From Promethearchaeati archaeon (lineage in GTDB: Archaea; Asgardarchaeota; Heimdallarchaeia; JABLTI01), in assembly GCA_013166835.1 (NCBI GenBank), contig JABLTI010000050.1, forward strand, positions 1 to 23,589: DNA of 23,589 bases, written 5' to 3'. Each line of letters starts with the position of its first letter. The first letter of the stretch is position 1. Made by a program: the position numbers and the translations under genes. Under the pieces are notes generated by a model. The model saw only the letters and a program-made list of their open reading frames with translations, made no database searches and was not told the origin of the DNA. Positions 8,892 through 18,332 of this stretch are shown one piece after another.

Positions 8892-9839
8892 ATGTCTAAA
8901 GAAAAAGAAAAAACAGTATTAATAACAAAAGATGGAATTCGACACGATGGTCGAAAAAAGGAAGACATAAGAGACATAAAATTTGAAGTTGGTGTCTTAG
9001 ATCGTGCTGATGGTTCATGTTTAATCACTTGGGGTAGAAATAAAATATTAGCAGCAGTTTATGGTCCTAGAGAATTACATCCAAAACACATGCAGATGCC
9101 TGATAAGGCATTAATTAGATGTGAATATCGTATGGCGACATTCTCTGTTCCTGAGAGAAAAAGCCCTGCTCCTAAGAGAAGAGAAAGGGAAATATCTAAA
9201 ATTTTAGGTGAAGCATTACAACCAGCAGTATTTGATTACTTATACCCACGATCTGTTATCGATGTGTTCATTGAGGTTATACAAGCTGATGGTGGTTCAA
9301 GATGTGCAGCTGTAACTGCAGCTTCCTTAGCAATAGCAGATGCAGGCGTGCCTATGAGAGATTTAGTTGCTGGATGTGCAGCAGGAATTTTAGATGGTCA
9401 AGTCGTTCTTGATTTAGATGATGTCGAAGATAAAGAAGGAGATGGAGATCTTCCATTTGCATATCTTCCTCATACTGAAGAGGTCGTCTTATTACAATCT
9501 GATGGAGTATTCTCACAAAAAGAATACAAAGAAGCATTGGATATGCTTATTCCAGCAAGTAAGAAAATCTACCAAATGCAAAGAGATGCATTGACAACCA
9601 GATATTCTCGTATTACAGAAGAAGTCATAGAAACACTAGATGAAGAGAAGACTCCCGCGAAACCAAAAGATAAGAAAGCAGAGCCAGCGAAGAAAGACGC
9701 AAAGAAAAAAACTGACGATAAGAAGGCAAAAGAACAACCTACTGAAAAAGTAGAGAAAAAGAGATTATTGAAGAAACCTGACAAGAAAACTCTTGACAAG
9801 AAGAAAACCTCCCCTAAAGAAAAGGCGGAAAAGAAGTGA
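8892..9839 (+). CDS. rrp41: Exosome complex exonuclease Rrp41 (RNase PH fold) with Lys-rich C-terminal tail
   Basis: RHDGR, AAVYGPRE, YRMATFS, RREREISK, QADGGSR, DLDDVEDKEGDGDLP; ATG 8892 follows GGTGA. Confidence 0.96.
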   Translation: MSKEKEKTVLITKDGIRHDGRKKEDIRDIKFEVGVLDRADGSCLITWGRNKILAAVYGPRELHPKHMQMPDKALIRCEYRMATFSVPERKSPAPKRREREISKILGEALQPAVFDYLYPRSVIDVFIEVIQADGGSRCAAVTAASLAIADAGVPMRDLVAGCAAGILDGQVVLDLDDVEDKEGDGDLPFAYLPHTEEVVLLQSDGVFSQKEYKEALDMLIPASKKIYQMQRDALTTRYSRITEEVIETLDEEKTPAKPKDKKAEPAKKDAKKKTDDKKAKEQPTEKVEKKRLLKKPDKKTLDKKKTSPKEKAEKK

Positions 9840-9854
9840 TTCGGAGGTTAAAAA

Positions 9855-10706
9855 ATGGCAGATACCAATTTAATAAGTTTAGTAGAAAAAGAACATATAG
9901 TCTCATTATTGGATCATGGTAAAAGAACAGATGGACGAGCCTTCGACGAATTTAGAAAAATATCAATTATACCAGGCTATGTTGCAAAAGCTGAAGGTAG
10001 TGCTATCGTAAAAATAGGTCGCACAAAGGTTATTGCAGGTGTCAAAGCTCAACTTGGAACACCTTTCCCTGATACTCCCGATTCAGGTGTAGTAACTGCA
10101 ACTGTAGAATTAGTTCCTATAGCTTCACCATTATTCGAATCTGGTCCTCCCAGAGCAAGAGCTATTGAGCTTGCTCGAGTGTCAGATAGAGCTATCCGTG
10201 AATCAAAATGTGTGAACAACGACTCTTTAGTCCTTATCTCTGGGAAAAAGGTCTGGATCCTATTCATAGATATTTATGTATTAGATCAAGATGGTAATCT
10301 ATTTGATGCATGTGAACTTGCTGCTCTTGCAGCATTAATGAATGCTCGAATTCCAGAGACAAAAATCGTTACTGATGAAGATGGCAATGAAGATGTTGAA
10401 ATCTTAGAAACAACCAAACCAATAAAACTAGATTTCATTCCAATTAGCTGTACTTTCGGAAAGATTGGAAAACATATAATTGTTGACCCAATCTTGAAAG
10501 AAGAAGGCATTGAAGATGCAAGAATCACTTTTGCGTTTAGAGATGATGATAAAATCTGTGCTACACAAAAAGGTGAAAACGGAACCTTCACAATAGATGA
10601 GCTTAAGAAATGTATTGACATTGCATCAGAAAGAACGAAAGAAATAAGAAGTCAACTAGATAAAATCACAGACGCGAAAGCTTATCCTTGGTCTGAAGAG
10701 ACATAA
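9855..10706 (+). CDS. rrp42: Exosome complex subunit Rrp42
   Basis: RTDGRAFDEFR, AEGSA, PFPDTP, FESGPP, ELARVSDRAIRES, DGNLFDA; SD GGAGGT at 9843-9848. Confidence 0.96.
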   Translation: MADTNLISLVEKEHIVSLLDHGKRTDGRAFDEFRKISIIPGYVAKAEGSAIVKIGRTKVIAGVKAQLGTPFPDTPDSGVVTATVELVPIASPLFESGPPRARAIELARVSDRAIRESKCVNNDSLVLISGKKVWILFIDIYVLDQDGNLFDACELAALAALMNARIPETKIVTDEDGNEDVEILETTKPIKLDFIPISCTFGKIGKHIIVDPILKEEGIEDARITFAFRDDDKICATQKGENGTFTIDELKKCIDIASERTKEIRSQLDKITDAKAYPWSEET

Positions 10707-10735
10707 AGAAGAGATAAAAAGCAAAAGCTCAGAGG

Positions 10736-11035
10736 ATGGAAACATTGACAAGAAAAACAAAGAAAGTTGGATCCACAGGTCGTTTTGGTCCTCGATATGG
10801 TTCACAGCTTAAGAAGCGCTTCCTCAAAGTAGAAAACAGCATGAATGCAACACACAGATGTCCCAGTTGTGCAAGTCCCAAAGTGAAACGAAAATCAGTT
10901 GGGATTTGGAACTGCAAAAAGTGTGGTTTAAGTTTTGCTGGAGGAGCCTGGATACCAGTCACACCAACTGGAAGATCCGCAGCTAGAACTACATTGAGTT
11001 TAGAAGATCAACGGCTTGGTAAGACAAGGAAATGA
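10736..11035 (+). CDS. rpl37ae: 50S ribosomal protein L37Ae (eL43)
   Basis: TGRFGPRYG, CPSC...GIWNCKKC...AGGAW; start could be TTG 10745. Confidence 0.96.
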   Translation: METLTRKTKKVGSTGRFGPRYGSQLKKRFLKVENSMNATHRCPSCASPKVKRKSVGIWNCKKCGLSFAGGAWIPVTPTGRSAARTTLSLEDQRLGKTRK

Positions 11036-11694
11036 CTGAACGAGACATAGCTCCCTATGAAAAGTTCGTTCTAACGACATCAAGGAAGCCCAGTCAGAGA
11101 ACACGATCATTTATTCGTGATCTTGTACGGGTTATCCCTTGGTCTTTTCATTTTACAAGAGGATCTTGCAGTCTAAATGATTTAGCTAATGAATTAGCTG
11201 TTTTAGGAATTAATCGACTCCTAATTGTTCATGAGAAAAAAGGGAACCCAAGTTTAGTCAAATTCTATAAACTAGACAAAAGCAAATTAATGGAGAGGGA
11301 TTATCGACTAAGAATAAAGGGTATAAGTTTAGCTAGAGAGTTGAGAAGAGCTCGAACAGTTTTCACAGCTGATTCAAAGTTACAAGTGATTAATCAAAGC
11401 CAATCCGATTTTGGCGAACAATTATACACTATGCTTTCTTTATTCTTTAATTTTGAACGAAAAAGAGAATTACCTAGAGATGCAAATATGAAAGGAATTG
11501 CAATTATATTCGCTGATACTAATCAAGGGTTAATTATCTTAGATTTTCAACAAATTGAATCAAAAGAGATGATTGGTCCTCGCATTTCTATTTCGGATGT
11601 TTTTTTGGGTAAAAAAGGGGAAGCGATACGATCGCTAATGAATTTAATTGGAATGGGAAAGGGAAAAGAAAAAGAATCCAAATCTAATGGATAA
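11032..11694 (+). CDS. Brix-domain ribosome biogenesis protein (archaeal Imp4-like)
   Basis: LTTSRKPSQRTRSFIRDL, RG..SL, EKKGNP, IGPRI; ATGA overlap with eL43; typical superoperon position. Confidence 0.88.
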   Translation: MTERDIAPYEKFVLTTSRKPSQRTRSFIRDLVRVIPWSFHFTRGSCSLNDLANELAVLGINRLLIVHEKKGNPSLVKFYKLDKSKLMERDYRLRIKGISLARELRRARTVFTADSKLQVINQSQSDFGEQLYTMLSLFFNFERKRELPRDANMKGIAIIFADTNQGLIILDFQQIESKEMIGPRISISDVFLGKKGEAIRSLMNLIGMGKGKEKESKSNG

Positions 11695-11759
11695 CTAAAA
11701 TTCCTGGAGGGTTTCATATAACCAAAGGAAAAGAAGAGACAGTAAATATTCCAGAATCA

Positions 11760-12014
11760 ATGGAATTTACATCGGAATTAATTATTAAATCAGAAAATCC
11801 CGATGAGATAAAAGCAGTTTATAATGCACTGAAACCCGAAACAACTGTAATGATTTCTCCAAGAGGAAAAACAGATATAAAAATTCAGGATGAAAAAACA
11901 TTAATTATGTATTTTTTTGCAGTAGATTTCATATCCTTACGTGCTATGATTAGTTCATATCTTAGATGGATAGAAACAGCTTTTTCGTCTATTAGAATCT
12001 CTGAAAAAAGTTAA
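11760..12014 (+). CDS. pcc1: KEOPS complex subunit Pcc1
   Basis: 84 aa; VYNALKPE, AVDFISLRAMISSYLRWI; follows Brix. Confidence 0.85.
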   Translation: MEFTSELIIKSENPDEIKAVYNALKPETTVMISPRGKTDIKIQDEKTLIMYFFAVDFISLRAMISSYLRWIETAFSSIRISEKS

Positions 12015-12125
12015 ATTCAAAATTATAAAGACAGGCATTCCAATAAGGTAAAAAGATTTTTAATATAGTGAGAATCGAAACACTAAAAAGCAACTCATTC
12101 AAAGAATGAGATTAGAGGAATAAAC

Positions 12126-12305
12126 ATGACACACGGTTCAGTTCAAAAAGCTGGAAAAGTCAGAAATCAAACCCCAAAAGTAGAACAAAAGCATCACATT
12201 TCAAGATCTCCAAGGCTTCGAAACAAACACAATTATTACAAGCGCTATGTAAAGGGTATACCAACTGGTCAACAATCAAGCGCAAGAAGAAGACGAAGAA
12301 GATAA
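12126..12305 (+). CDS. rps30e: 30S ribosomal protein S30e (eS30)
   Basis: Manually translated, 59 aa: MTHGSVQKAGKVRNQTPKVEQKHHISRSPRLRNKHNYYKRYVKGIPTGQQSSARRRRRR; HGS..KAGKVR.QTPK signature; GAGG upstream. Confidence 0.93.
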   Translation: MTHGSVQKAGKVRNQTPKVEQKHHISRSPRLRNKHNYYKRYVKGIPTGQQSSARRRRRR

Positions 12306-12322
12306 GGATTTTTTCTTAATAT

Positions 12323-12343
12323 AGGGGTATGTCAAATACCCTT
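12323..12343 (+). terminator. Hairpin 3' of eS30 in a T-rich context, possible terminator or processing signal
   Basis: AGGGGTAT-GTCAA-ATACCCTT stem; T-runs nearby. Confidence 0.3.
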
Positions 12344-12435
12344 CCTTAACAATCTTTTAGTATTTTAAATGAATATTTATATTAATATCATTTTGAAAAT
12401 TTCAAAGTAAATCTTAATTCACATGAGTAGGAAGA

Positions 12436-14043
12436 TTGTGGATCTTGGTAAAGAAAGCATACAGGGAAATCGTAGAGATTCTGTTAAAAAATCCTCCAAA
12501 ATCGAGTAAGGATCTCTCGAAAATAAAACGAGAAATATGTAAGAAATATTCCCTAGATTCATTTCCAAGAAATAGTGATATTTTGCAAATGGCTACGGAT
12601 GATGAACGAGAACTTGTTTTACCATTTCTAATCAAGAAACCAAGTAGAACCTTATCTGGTGTTGCTGTTGTTGCTGTTATGAGCAAACCTCTTCCATGCC
12701 CACATGGAAAGTGTACAATGTGTCCCGGAGGGCCAGAACAAGACAGCCCACAATCTTATACTGGTTTTGAACCAGCAGCAATGAGAGGACAAATGTATAA
12801 TTATGATCCGAAAGAACAAGTTATTGCTAGACTGCAACAACTTGAGGCAATTGGACATAACACAAGTAAAATAGACTTAATTTTAATGGGCGGAACCTTA
12901 CCTGCAGCTCCGTTAGATTATCAAGAATTTTTCATTAAGGGTTGTCTTGATGGAGTCACAAAAAAGAATACAAAAACAATGGCTGAAGCAATTAGCGCCG
13001 CTGAAAAAAGTAAAAGAAGATGTATAGGTATAACGGTCGAGACAAGACCTGATACTTGTTCATTAGAAAATTTGAAGAGAGAACTTGATTGGGGAATTAC
13101 TCGAGTAGAACTTGGGGTTCAAGTGGTAAGTGATAAGGTCTATAAAAGAATCAATCGTGGCCACACAGTTGAAGATGTAACCATTGCGTTCAAAAGACTA
13201 CGTGATCTTGGTCTAAAAGTTACTGCGCACATGATGGTTGGCTTGCCAGGAATTTCATGGGAAGAAGAATTAGCTAGTTATAAAACATTAATGACAGATT
13301 CCCGTTTCGTACCTGATGAATTGAAAATATATCCCTTAATGCTAATGGAAAACACAAAGCTATATGATGAGCATTTAGCTGGAGATTATCAAGCATTAAC
13401 ATTTAAAGAAACAGTAAAGCGAGTGGCAGAATTTAAAGCAAATACATTACCAAGTATGCGAATTAAACGAGTTCTAAGAGACATTCCAGCAACGAAAATT
13501 TTCGCAGGACCAAAGAAAAGTGATCTAAGAGAATATGCTCAGAAATTCCTTGAGGAATCTGGAAGAACTTGTCGCTGCATCAGATGTCGGGAGGTTGGTC
13601 ATAAGCAACAAAAGGGGATCATTCCTTCTGAAAAGGACATTGAATTAGTTAGAAGAGAATATAATGCCTCAGGTGGTAAAGAAATATTTTTGTCCTTTGA
13701 AGACACTTCACAAGATATTATTCTTGGTTTTCTAAGATTGCGTCACCCATCAGAAGATAAAATCATCTCAGAGGTTAATAATAAATCGTTTTCAATTATT
13801 AGAGAAATTCATGTTTATGGATCAGTGGTAGGAATTGGCACACAAGCAGAACGAAAAATTGATTGGCAACACAAAGGTTTTGGAACGAAGCTTATCGATG
13901 AAGCGACTAGGATTTCTAGAGATGAAGTAGGGAGTGAATTGCTTTTAGTTACTAGTGGCATAGGTGTAAGAGAATATTATGCAAAAAGAGGTTTCAAAAG
14001 ATTGATGCCTTATATGGTTAAACCATTAACTAAGAACGCTTAA
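12436..14043 (+). CDS. elp3: tRNA uridine(34) acetyltransferase Elp3 (radical SAM + GNAT)
   Basis: RTLSGVAVVAVM, CPHGKCTMCPGG, ETRPD, RVELGVQ, LKIYP, CIRCREVG, REIHVYG, QHKGFG; true start may be TTG 12445. Confidence 0.95.
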   Translation: MWILVKKAYREIVEILLKNPPKSSKDLSKIKREICKKYSLDSFPRNSDILQMATDDERELVLPFLIKKPSRTLSGVAVVAVMSKPLPCPHGKCTMCPGGPEQDSPQSYTGFEPAAMRGQMYNYDPKEQVIARLQQLEAIGHNTSKIDLILMGGTLPAAPLDYQEFFIKGCLDGVTKKNTKTMAEAISAAEKSKRRCIGITVETRPDTCSLENLKRELDWGITRVELGVQVVSDKVYKRINRGHTVEDVTIAFKRLRDLGLKVTAHMMVGLPGISWEEELASYKTLMTDSRFVPDELKIYPLMLMENTKLYDEHLAGDYQALTFKETVKRVAEFKANTLPSMRIKRVLRDIPATKIFAGPKKSDLREYAQKFLEESGRTCRCIRCREVGHKQQKGIIPSEKDIELVRREYNASGGKEIFLSFEDTSQDIILGFLRLRHPSEDKIISEVNNKSFSIIREIHVYGSVVGIGTQAERKIDWQHKGFGTKLIDEATRISRDEVGSELLLVTSGIGVREYYAKRGFKRLMPYMVKPLTKNA

Positions 14044-15716
14044 TCAAATCTAATTAGACTTTCTCGGTATATATCTGGTTTTTCAAATCCTAATAAATTC
14101 AGGATAGTTGCTGCAACATTACTTAGTCCAGGATCATCTATATCAGGATTAATTTCATACTCCTTTTTCCAATTCTTATCAATGATCCAGAAACCAACAG
14201 GATTAAGTGAATGAGCAGTTTTTAGGCTTCCATCTTCAAGTTTCATTTCTTCACAGTTTCCATGATCAGCTGTAACCACAGTGATACCATTCAGTTTGTT
14301 AACAACATTGATGAGTTTTTTCAAGCAATTATCTACAATTTTCACTGCTTGAACCGCTGCTTCGATATTTCCTGTGTGTCCAACCATATCCCCATTTGCA
14401 AAATTCACTCGTAGGAATTTGAATTCCCCACCTTGCATAGCAGTAATGGTTTTTTCGCAAACCTCTTCTGCATTCATCTCAGGATGAATAGCTATCATCT
14501 CGTTAGGTTCAGAAGCAATTTTCATATATTGCTCTTTTTCAATACAAACATAACCAGAGCGGTTTCCGTTCCAAAAATAAGTTACATGACCAAATTTATG
14601 CGTTTCAGCAATCGCAAAAGAAGGAATATTATTTGAACAACAGTAATCAGACAATATATTTCTGATATGTGCTGGGTGGACTAGATATTTTTTAGGGATT
14701 AATTTATCTCCGTCATATTGAACTATCCCAGCATATTCAACTTTCGGATAGAATTCTCTATCAAATTCTGAAAATTCTTCTTCCTCAAAAGCTCTACTAA
14801 TCTGTATCATCCTATCTCCGCGGTAATTAAAGTTTACAACAAGATCATTATCTACAATCTTTCCAATTGGCTTCATATCAGCATCTATAATGACAAATGG
14901 TGAGAGAAACTGATCACTCTTCTCTGGAAAACATTCACGAGCATGAGTAATTGCTTCTTCAGCTGAATGATAATAGCCTTTGTAGCCATTCACTAATTCT
15001 TCTTCTTCGATTTTTCCAAGAACGTGTGCAAACCAACCTCTTTGAACTATTTTCCAATCAGACTCATAACGATCCATGGTAATATGCATTCTTCCTCCGC
15101 CTGAGGCAATTTCATAATCATAATTTTTGGAAGCATAATTCATAGTAATTTCATTTAATCTTAATTCAAGCGGATGAATAAAAGTAAGAGCAGAATTGGC
15201 TGGAACATCTCTCCCATCAGTTAAAAGATGGAGTCGTAATTTCTGAATCCCAGATTCAGCAAATCCTTCAATTATCCTCAACAATTGATTGAAATTACTA
15301 TGGACATTACCATCTGATAATAATCCAATAAGGTGAACAGTACCTTTTTTAGAAATTACTCTATCAGTTAATTGATGCCAGATTTTGGATCTATAAATAG
15401 AACCATCCTTAATTGAAGTATCAACTAATTTTGCTCCTTGATCAAAGATTTGTCCGGAACCAAGAGCATTATGACCAACCTCACTATTACCCATATTTTC
15501 ATCTGAGATTAATCCAACTGCAGGTCCATGAGCTTTCAAGGTGCAATACAAGTTTTTCTTTTGGGTATTCTTTGTTATATTAGTTAAGGTTTTTGGCTTA
15601 GCAAGAAAAACAGCGTTACCATCATCTTCCTTCCCAAGACCAATGCCATCCATTATAATAAGTAGCAAAGGTCCTTTTCTACCGGGAAATGAAGATAATT
15701 TTTTCAGTTGATGCAT
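14040..15716 (-). CDS. gpmI: 2,3-bisphosphoglycerate-independent phosphoglycerate mutase
   Basis: MGNSEVGH (phosphoserine), SDGNVHS, DGRD, NYRGDR, NGDMVGHTG, TADHGN; stop overlaps the elp3 stop (TTAA). Confidence 0.95.
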   Translation of the reverse strand: MHQLKKLSSFPGRKGPLLLIIMDGIGLGKEDDGNAVFLAKPKTLTNITKNTQKKNLYCTLKAHGPAVGLISDENMGNSEVGHNALGSGQIFDQGAKLVDTSIKDGSIYRSKIWHQLTDRVISKKGTVHLIGLLSDGNVHSNFNQLLRIIEGFAESGIQKLRLHLLTDGRDVPANSALTFIHPLELRLNEITMNYASKNYDYEIASGGGRMHITMDRYESDWKIVQRGWFAHVLGKIEEEELVNGYKGYYHSAEEAITHARECFPEKSDQFLSPFVIIDADMKPIGKIVDNDLVVNFNYRGDRMIQISRAFEEEEFSEFDREFYPKVEYAGIVQYDGDKLIPKKYLVHPAHIRNILSDYCCSNNIPSFAIAETHKFGHVTYFWNGNRSGYVCIEKEQYMKIASEPNEMIAIHPEMNAEEVCEKTITAMQGGEFKFLRVNFANGDMVGHTGNIEAAVQAVKIVDNCLKKLINVVNKLNGITVVTADHGNCEEMKLEDGSLKTAHSLNPVGFWIIDKNWKKEYEINPDIDDPGLSNVAATILNLLGFEKPDIYRESLIRFD

Positions 15717-15895
15717 GTAGTAAGCCTTCTAATTTTTGGTTGATATCTCGTTGATTTGTCTCGATTTACTTTAAAAAATATCTCATACAATGAAATAAAT
15801 TTTCTTGAAGGGGCTTTATGGCTACGAATAACTCCTAGGAAATTTTATTATGTGACAAATAATGATTAAAATAATATAAATGTGATGCGATTCAA

Positions 15896-16630
15896 ATGGG
15901 AAAGATAAAACAAGTAAAACCACACATTAGGACAATGCTCAATCACATATCTTTCCGTATGCTCTATGGGAGAATAGTAAAGGAACATCAATACTTGTCG
16001 AGTTTACATTATAATTTAAAAGCAGTTGGTTGGGATGATTTCACTTTCTTCCCAGATGGATTTGCAGCTAATGCTTCCTTACTGTATCTTTTATTTAAAA
16101 TTCTCCAAAAAACCAAACCTAAAACAATTTTAGAGCTCGGTTCTGGACAATCAACAAAAATCACAACACGTTATGTAAAAGAAAATGAAAACTCACAAAT
16201 TACTATACTTGAAGATTGTGAAGAATGGTTTGATAAAACAAATCTAGATATTTTCGCAAGTAAAAGATCAAGATATATTTGCTCACCTTTAGTACAAACG
16301 AAATTTGGTAAACATAAACGTTTATGGTATTCAACAAAATTATTAGTTGAAGAGGATAAAACCTATGATCTCATTCTAGTGGATGGTCCTTTTGGAACAA
16401 TGAGATATTCGAGAATTGGAATTGCTAATTACATACCAAAAATAATTGATGAGAAGAATTTTATCATAGTTTTTGATGATGCGGCAAGAATAGGAGAACA
16501 AGATACAATCAAAGCTATCAAGAAGATATTTAGAAAGAATAATTTATCGTACGTTGAGTTTCATGTGTATGGGTCAAAAAAACAAACATGTCTCATTTCC
16601 CCAAATTTCTCGTTTTTAGGGACTAACTAG
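15896..16630 (+). CDS. Class I SAM-dependent methyltransferase, substrate unknown
   Basis: ILELGSGQST (motif I), YDLILVDGP, IVFDDAAR. Confidence 0.75.
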   Translation: MGKIKQVKPHIRTMLNHISFRMLYGRIVKEHQYLSSLHYNLKAVGWDDFTFFPDGFAANASLLYLLFKILQKTKPKTILELGSGQSTKITTRYVKENENSQITILEDCEEWFDKTNLDIFASKRSRYICSPLVQTKFGKHKRLWYSTKLLVEEDKTYDLILVDGPFGTMRYSRIGIANYIPKIIDEKNFIIVFDDAARIGEQDTIKAIKKIFRKNNLSYVEFHVYGSKKQTCLISPNFSFLGTN

Positions 16631-16756
16631 TTGATATAAATTAGTAGTCTTAAACTTCAGTAAATTTCTTTATTTATAAAAGAGAAACAAAATTAAGTAA
16701 TAAGCAAATATGATTATATTAATTAAATAAAACTCAATGTGTTTGGACTGGGGACC

Positions 16757-18265
16757 ATGTCAGAAGAGGACAAGAAATCAGATGATAAAAGACAAGAGGA
16801 GAATAATACACATTCTTCTACTTCTGAATCTAATCCTGTTAGTGAACAAATTATTCCCCCTGTAGTTCCTTCTGAGTCTGGAGAAGAGAAACTAACCAGT
16901 CAAGCAATAACTGATGCTGAATTACCAGAATTTAAAAGTGAAATTGGTCGCAAGCTGTTTGGGCCACAAATGACTTCAAAACAAGCTCCACCAACTCCTT
17001 CTGTTCCGAAAGAATTGAGAAAACTAAATTTACAGATTGAATTGAAATCAGAACAAAATGGCTTTTGTGTATTATCTGTAAATGATGCAAGAAAATTCAC
17101 AGATGAGGACACTGGATTAATAATTTTGGAATCATCTACTTCTGAAATATCTCGAGCATCTAAATTTATGGTTGATGAACAACAAAAAGAAGGGTATATG
17201 CAAGTAAGTGAAGAAATCTACAAATCGCTAAATTGTGATGACGAGAGATTATTCATAAGATTTTATTCTGAAGATCCAATAAGAGTTGAAAATGTCACAC
17301 TTGCTGTTAGTCCTATTTCTGGTAATGATATATTCCATACTGTCGGTAGTCTTCGTAAAAGTTTAGCAAAGCTAAAAAAATTCTTGGAATCATATACGGT
17401 TTTCGAAGGATTAACTGTAAAGTGGAAAGAAAGAAATGCTGTAATTAAAATAGCAAAAATTTCCCCGGGACTCTATGAGAATGACGTAGGAATTTTCGAT
17501 TTTACAAAACCAAGAGTTTTAACCATAAAACCTGATGGTGCAATGCAGTTTAATACAATATTAATTATGGATATGTCCAAATCTATGAATGGTCGAGATT
17601 TAGAAGTTAAGAATGTCAAGTCTGCAATCGAAAGAATAAGGAATGCCTTTAGTAATGAGGAGCTAGAAGCGTTTCTAAAAGTCTTCAAAGAAGGAAATAA
17701 TGTCCAAAGGAAATCCGGAGCGATTTTTGCTAGTTTGCTGTATTTAAGTGAAAAAGCAAGGATTGGGATCAGTGAAACAGTTAGTCTCATCATGTTTGCT
17801 AATGGTGCCGAGATAATTAGAATCGAAAACAAACCATATGTTATAGCAGATTCCAGATCCAAAACTGCTCTTAATTCCATAGCTGAACAAGTTCTAGGAG
17901 ATTTAGAGGATAAAATGGGTGCTGGAACAAATATGGCTTCAGCTATTGAAGCTAGTGAAGAAATTATGAAAAATCTTCCTAGATCAAAACGCAAATGGCC
18001 ATTAATGATTATTCTCCTAACAGATGGGTTCGATACAAGTAAACGAGTGAGGGAAGCTGTAAGAAATACCTACTCAAAGAAAGAAAATGTTGTTTTACAT
18101 GCCGTTGGTCTAGGTCCTTATGTAAATAAACAAGAACTAATAGAAATCAGTGAACTATGTGGGGGAGAATTATTTCAACCAGATGATTTAGGAGAACTAC
18201 TCCAGTGGTATGCTAATCGAGCTAAAGATCTTTCCATAAGATTAGCTGAAACAGAGACAAATTAG
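16757..18265 (+). CDS. VWA-domain protein with disordered N-terminus and putative CDC48-N-like middle domain
   Basis: MIDAS DMSKS, GAGTNMASAI, IILLTDG, VGLG; ATG 16757 preferred over GTG 16739. Confidence 0.8.
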   Translation: MSEEDKKSDDKRQEENNTHSSTSESNPVSEQIIPPVVPSESGEEKLTSQAITDAELPEFKSEIGRKLFGPQMTSKQAPPTPSVPKELRKLNLQIELKSEQNGFCVLSVNDARKFTDEDTGLIILESSTSEISRASKFMVDEQQKEGYMQVSEEIYKSLNCDDERLFIRFYSEDPIRVENVTLAVSPISGNDIFHTVGSLRKSLAKLKKFLESYTVFEGLTVKWKERNAVIKIAKISPGLYENDVGIFDFTKPRVLTIKPDGAMQFNTILIMDMSKSMNGRDLEVKNVKSAIERIRNAFSNEELEAFLKVFKEGNNVQRKSGAIFASLLYLSEKARIGISETVSLIMFANGAEIIRIENKPYVIADSRSKTALNSIAEQVLGDLEDKMGAGTNMASAIEASEEIMKNLPRSKRKWPLMIILLTDGFDTSKRVREAVRNTYSKKENVVLHAVGLGPYVNKQELIEISELCGGELFQPDDLGELLQWYANRAKDLSIRLAETETN

Positions 18266-18295
18266 CATTATTTATTGGTTAATAGAATTTGACGG

Positions 18296-18310
18296 AAAGG
18301 TATTTTAAGA
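18296..18310 (+). promoter_or_regulatory. BRE/TATA-like promoter of tRNA-Arg
   Basis: GAAAGG-TATTTTAAG about 25-35 nt upstream of the tRNA. Confidence 0.45.
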
Positions 18311-18332
18311 GTAAAATTTTCATTTTGGTGAA

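Noticed and set aside
12423-12509. Out-of-frame ATG ORF overlapping the elp3 start, suggesting a frameshift
   Set aside because: Elp3 appears complete from a TTG start, and TTG starts are used elsewhere in the window
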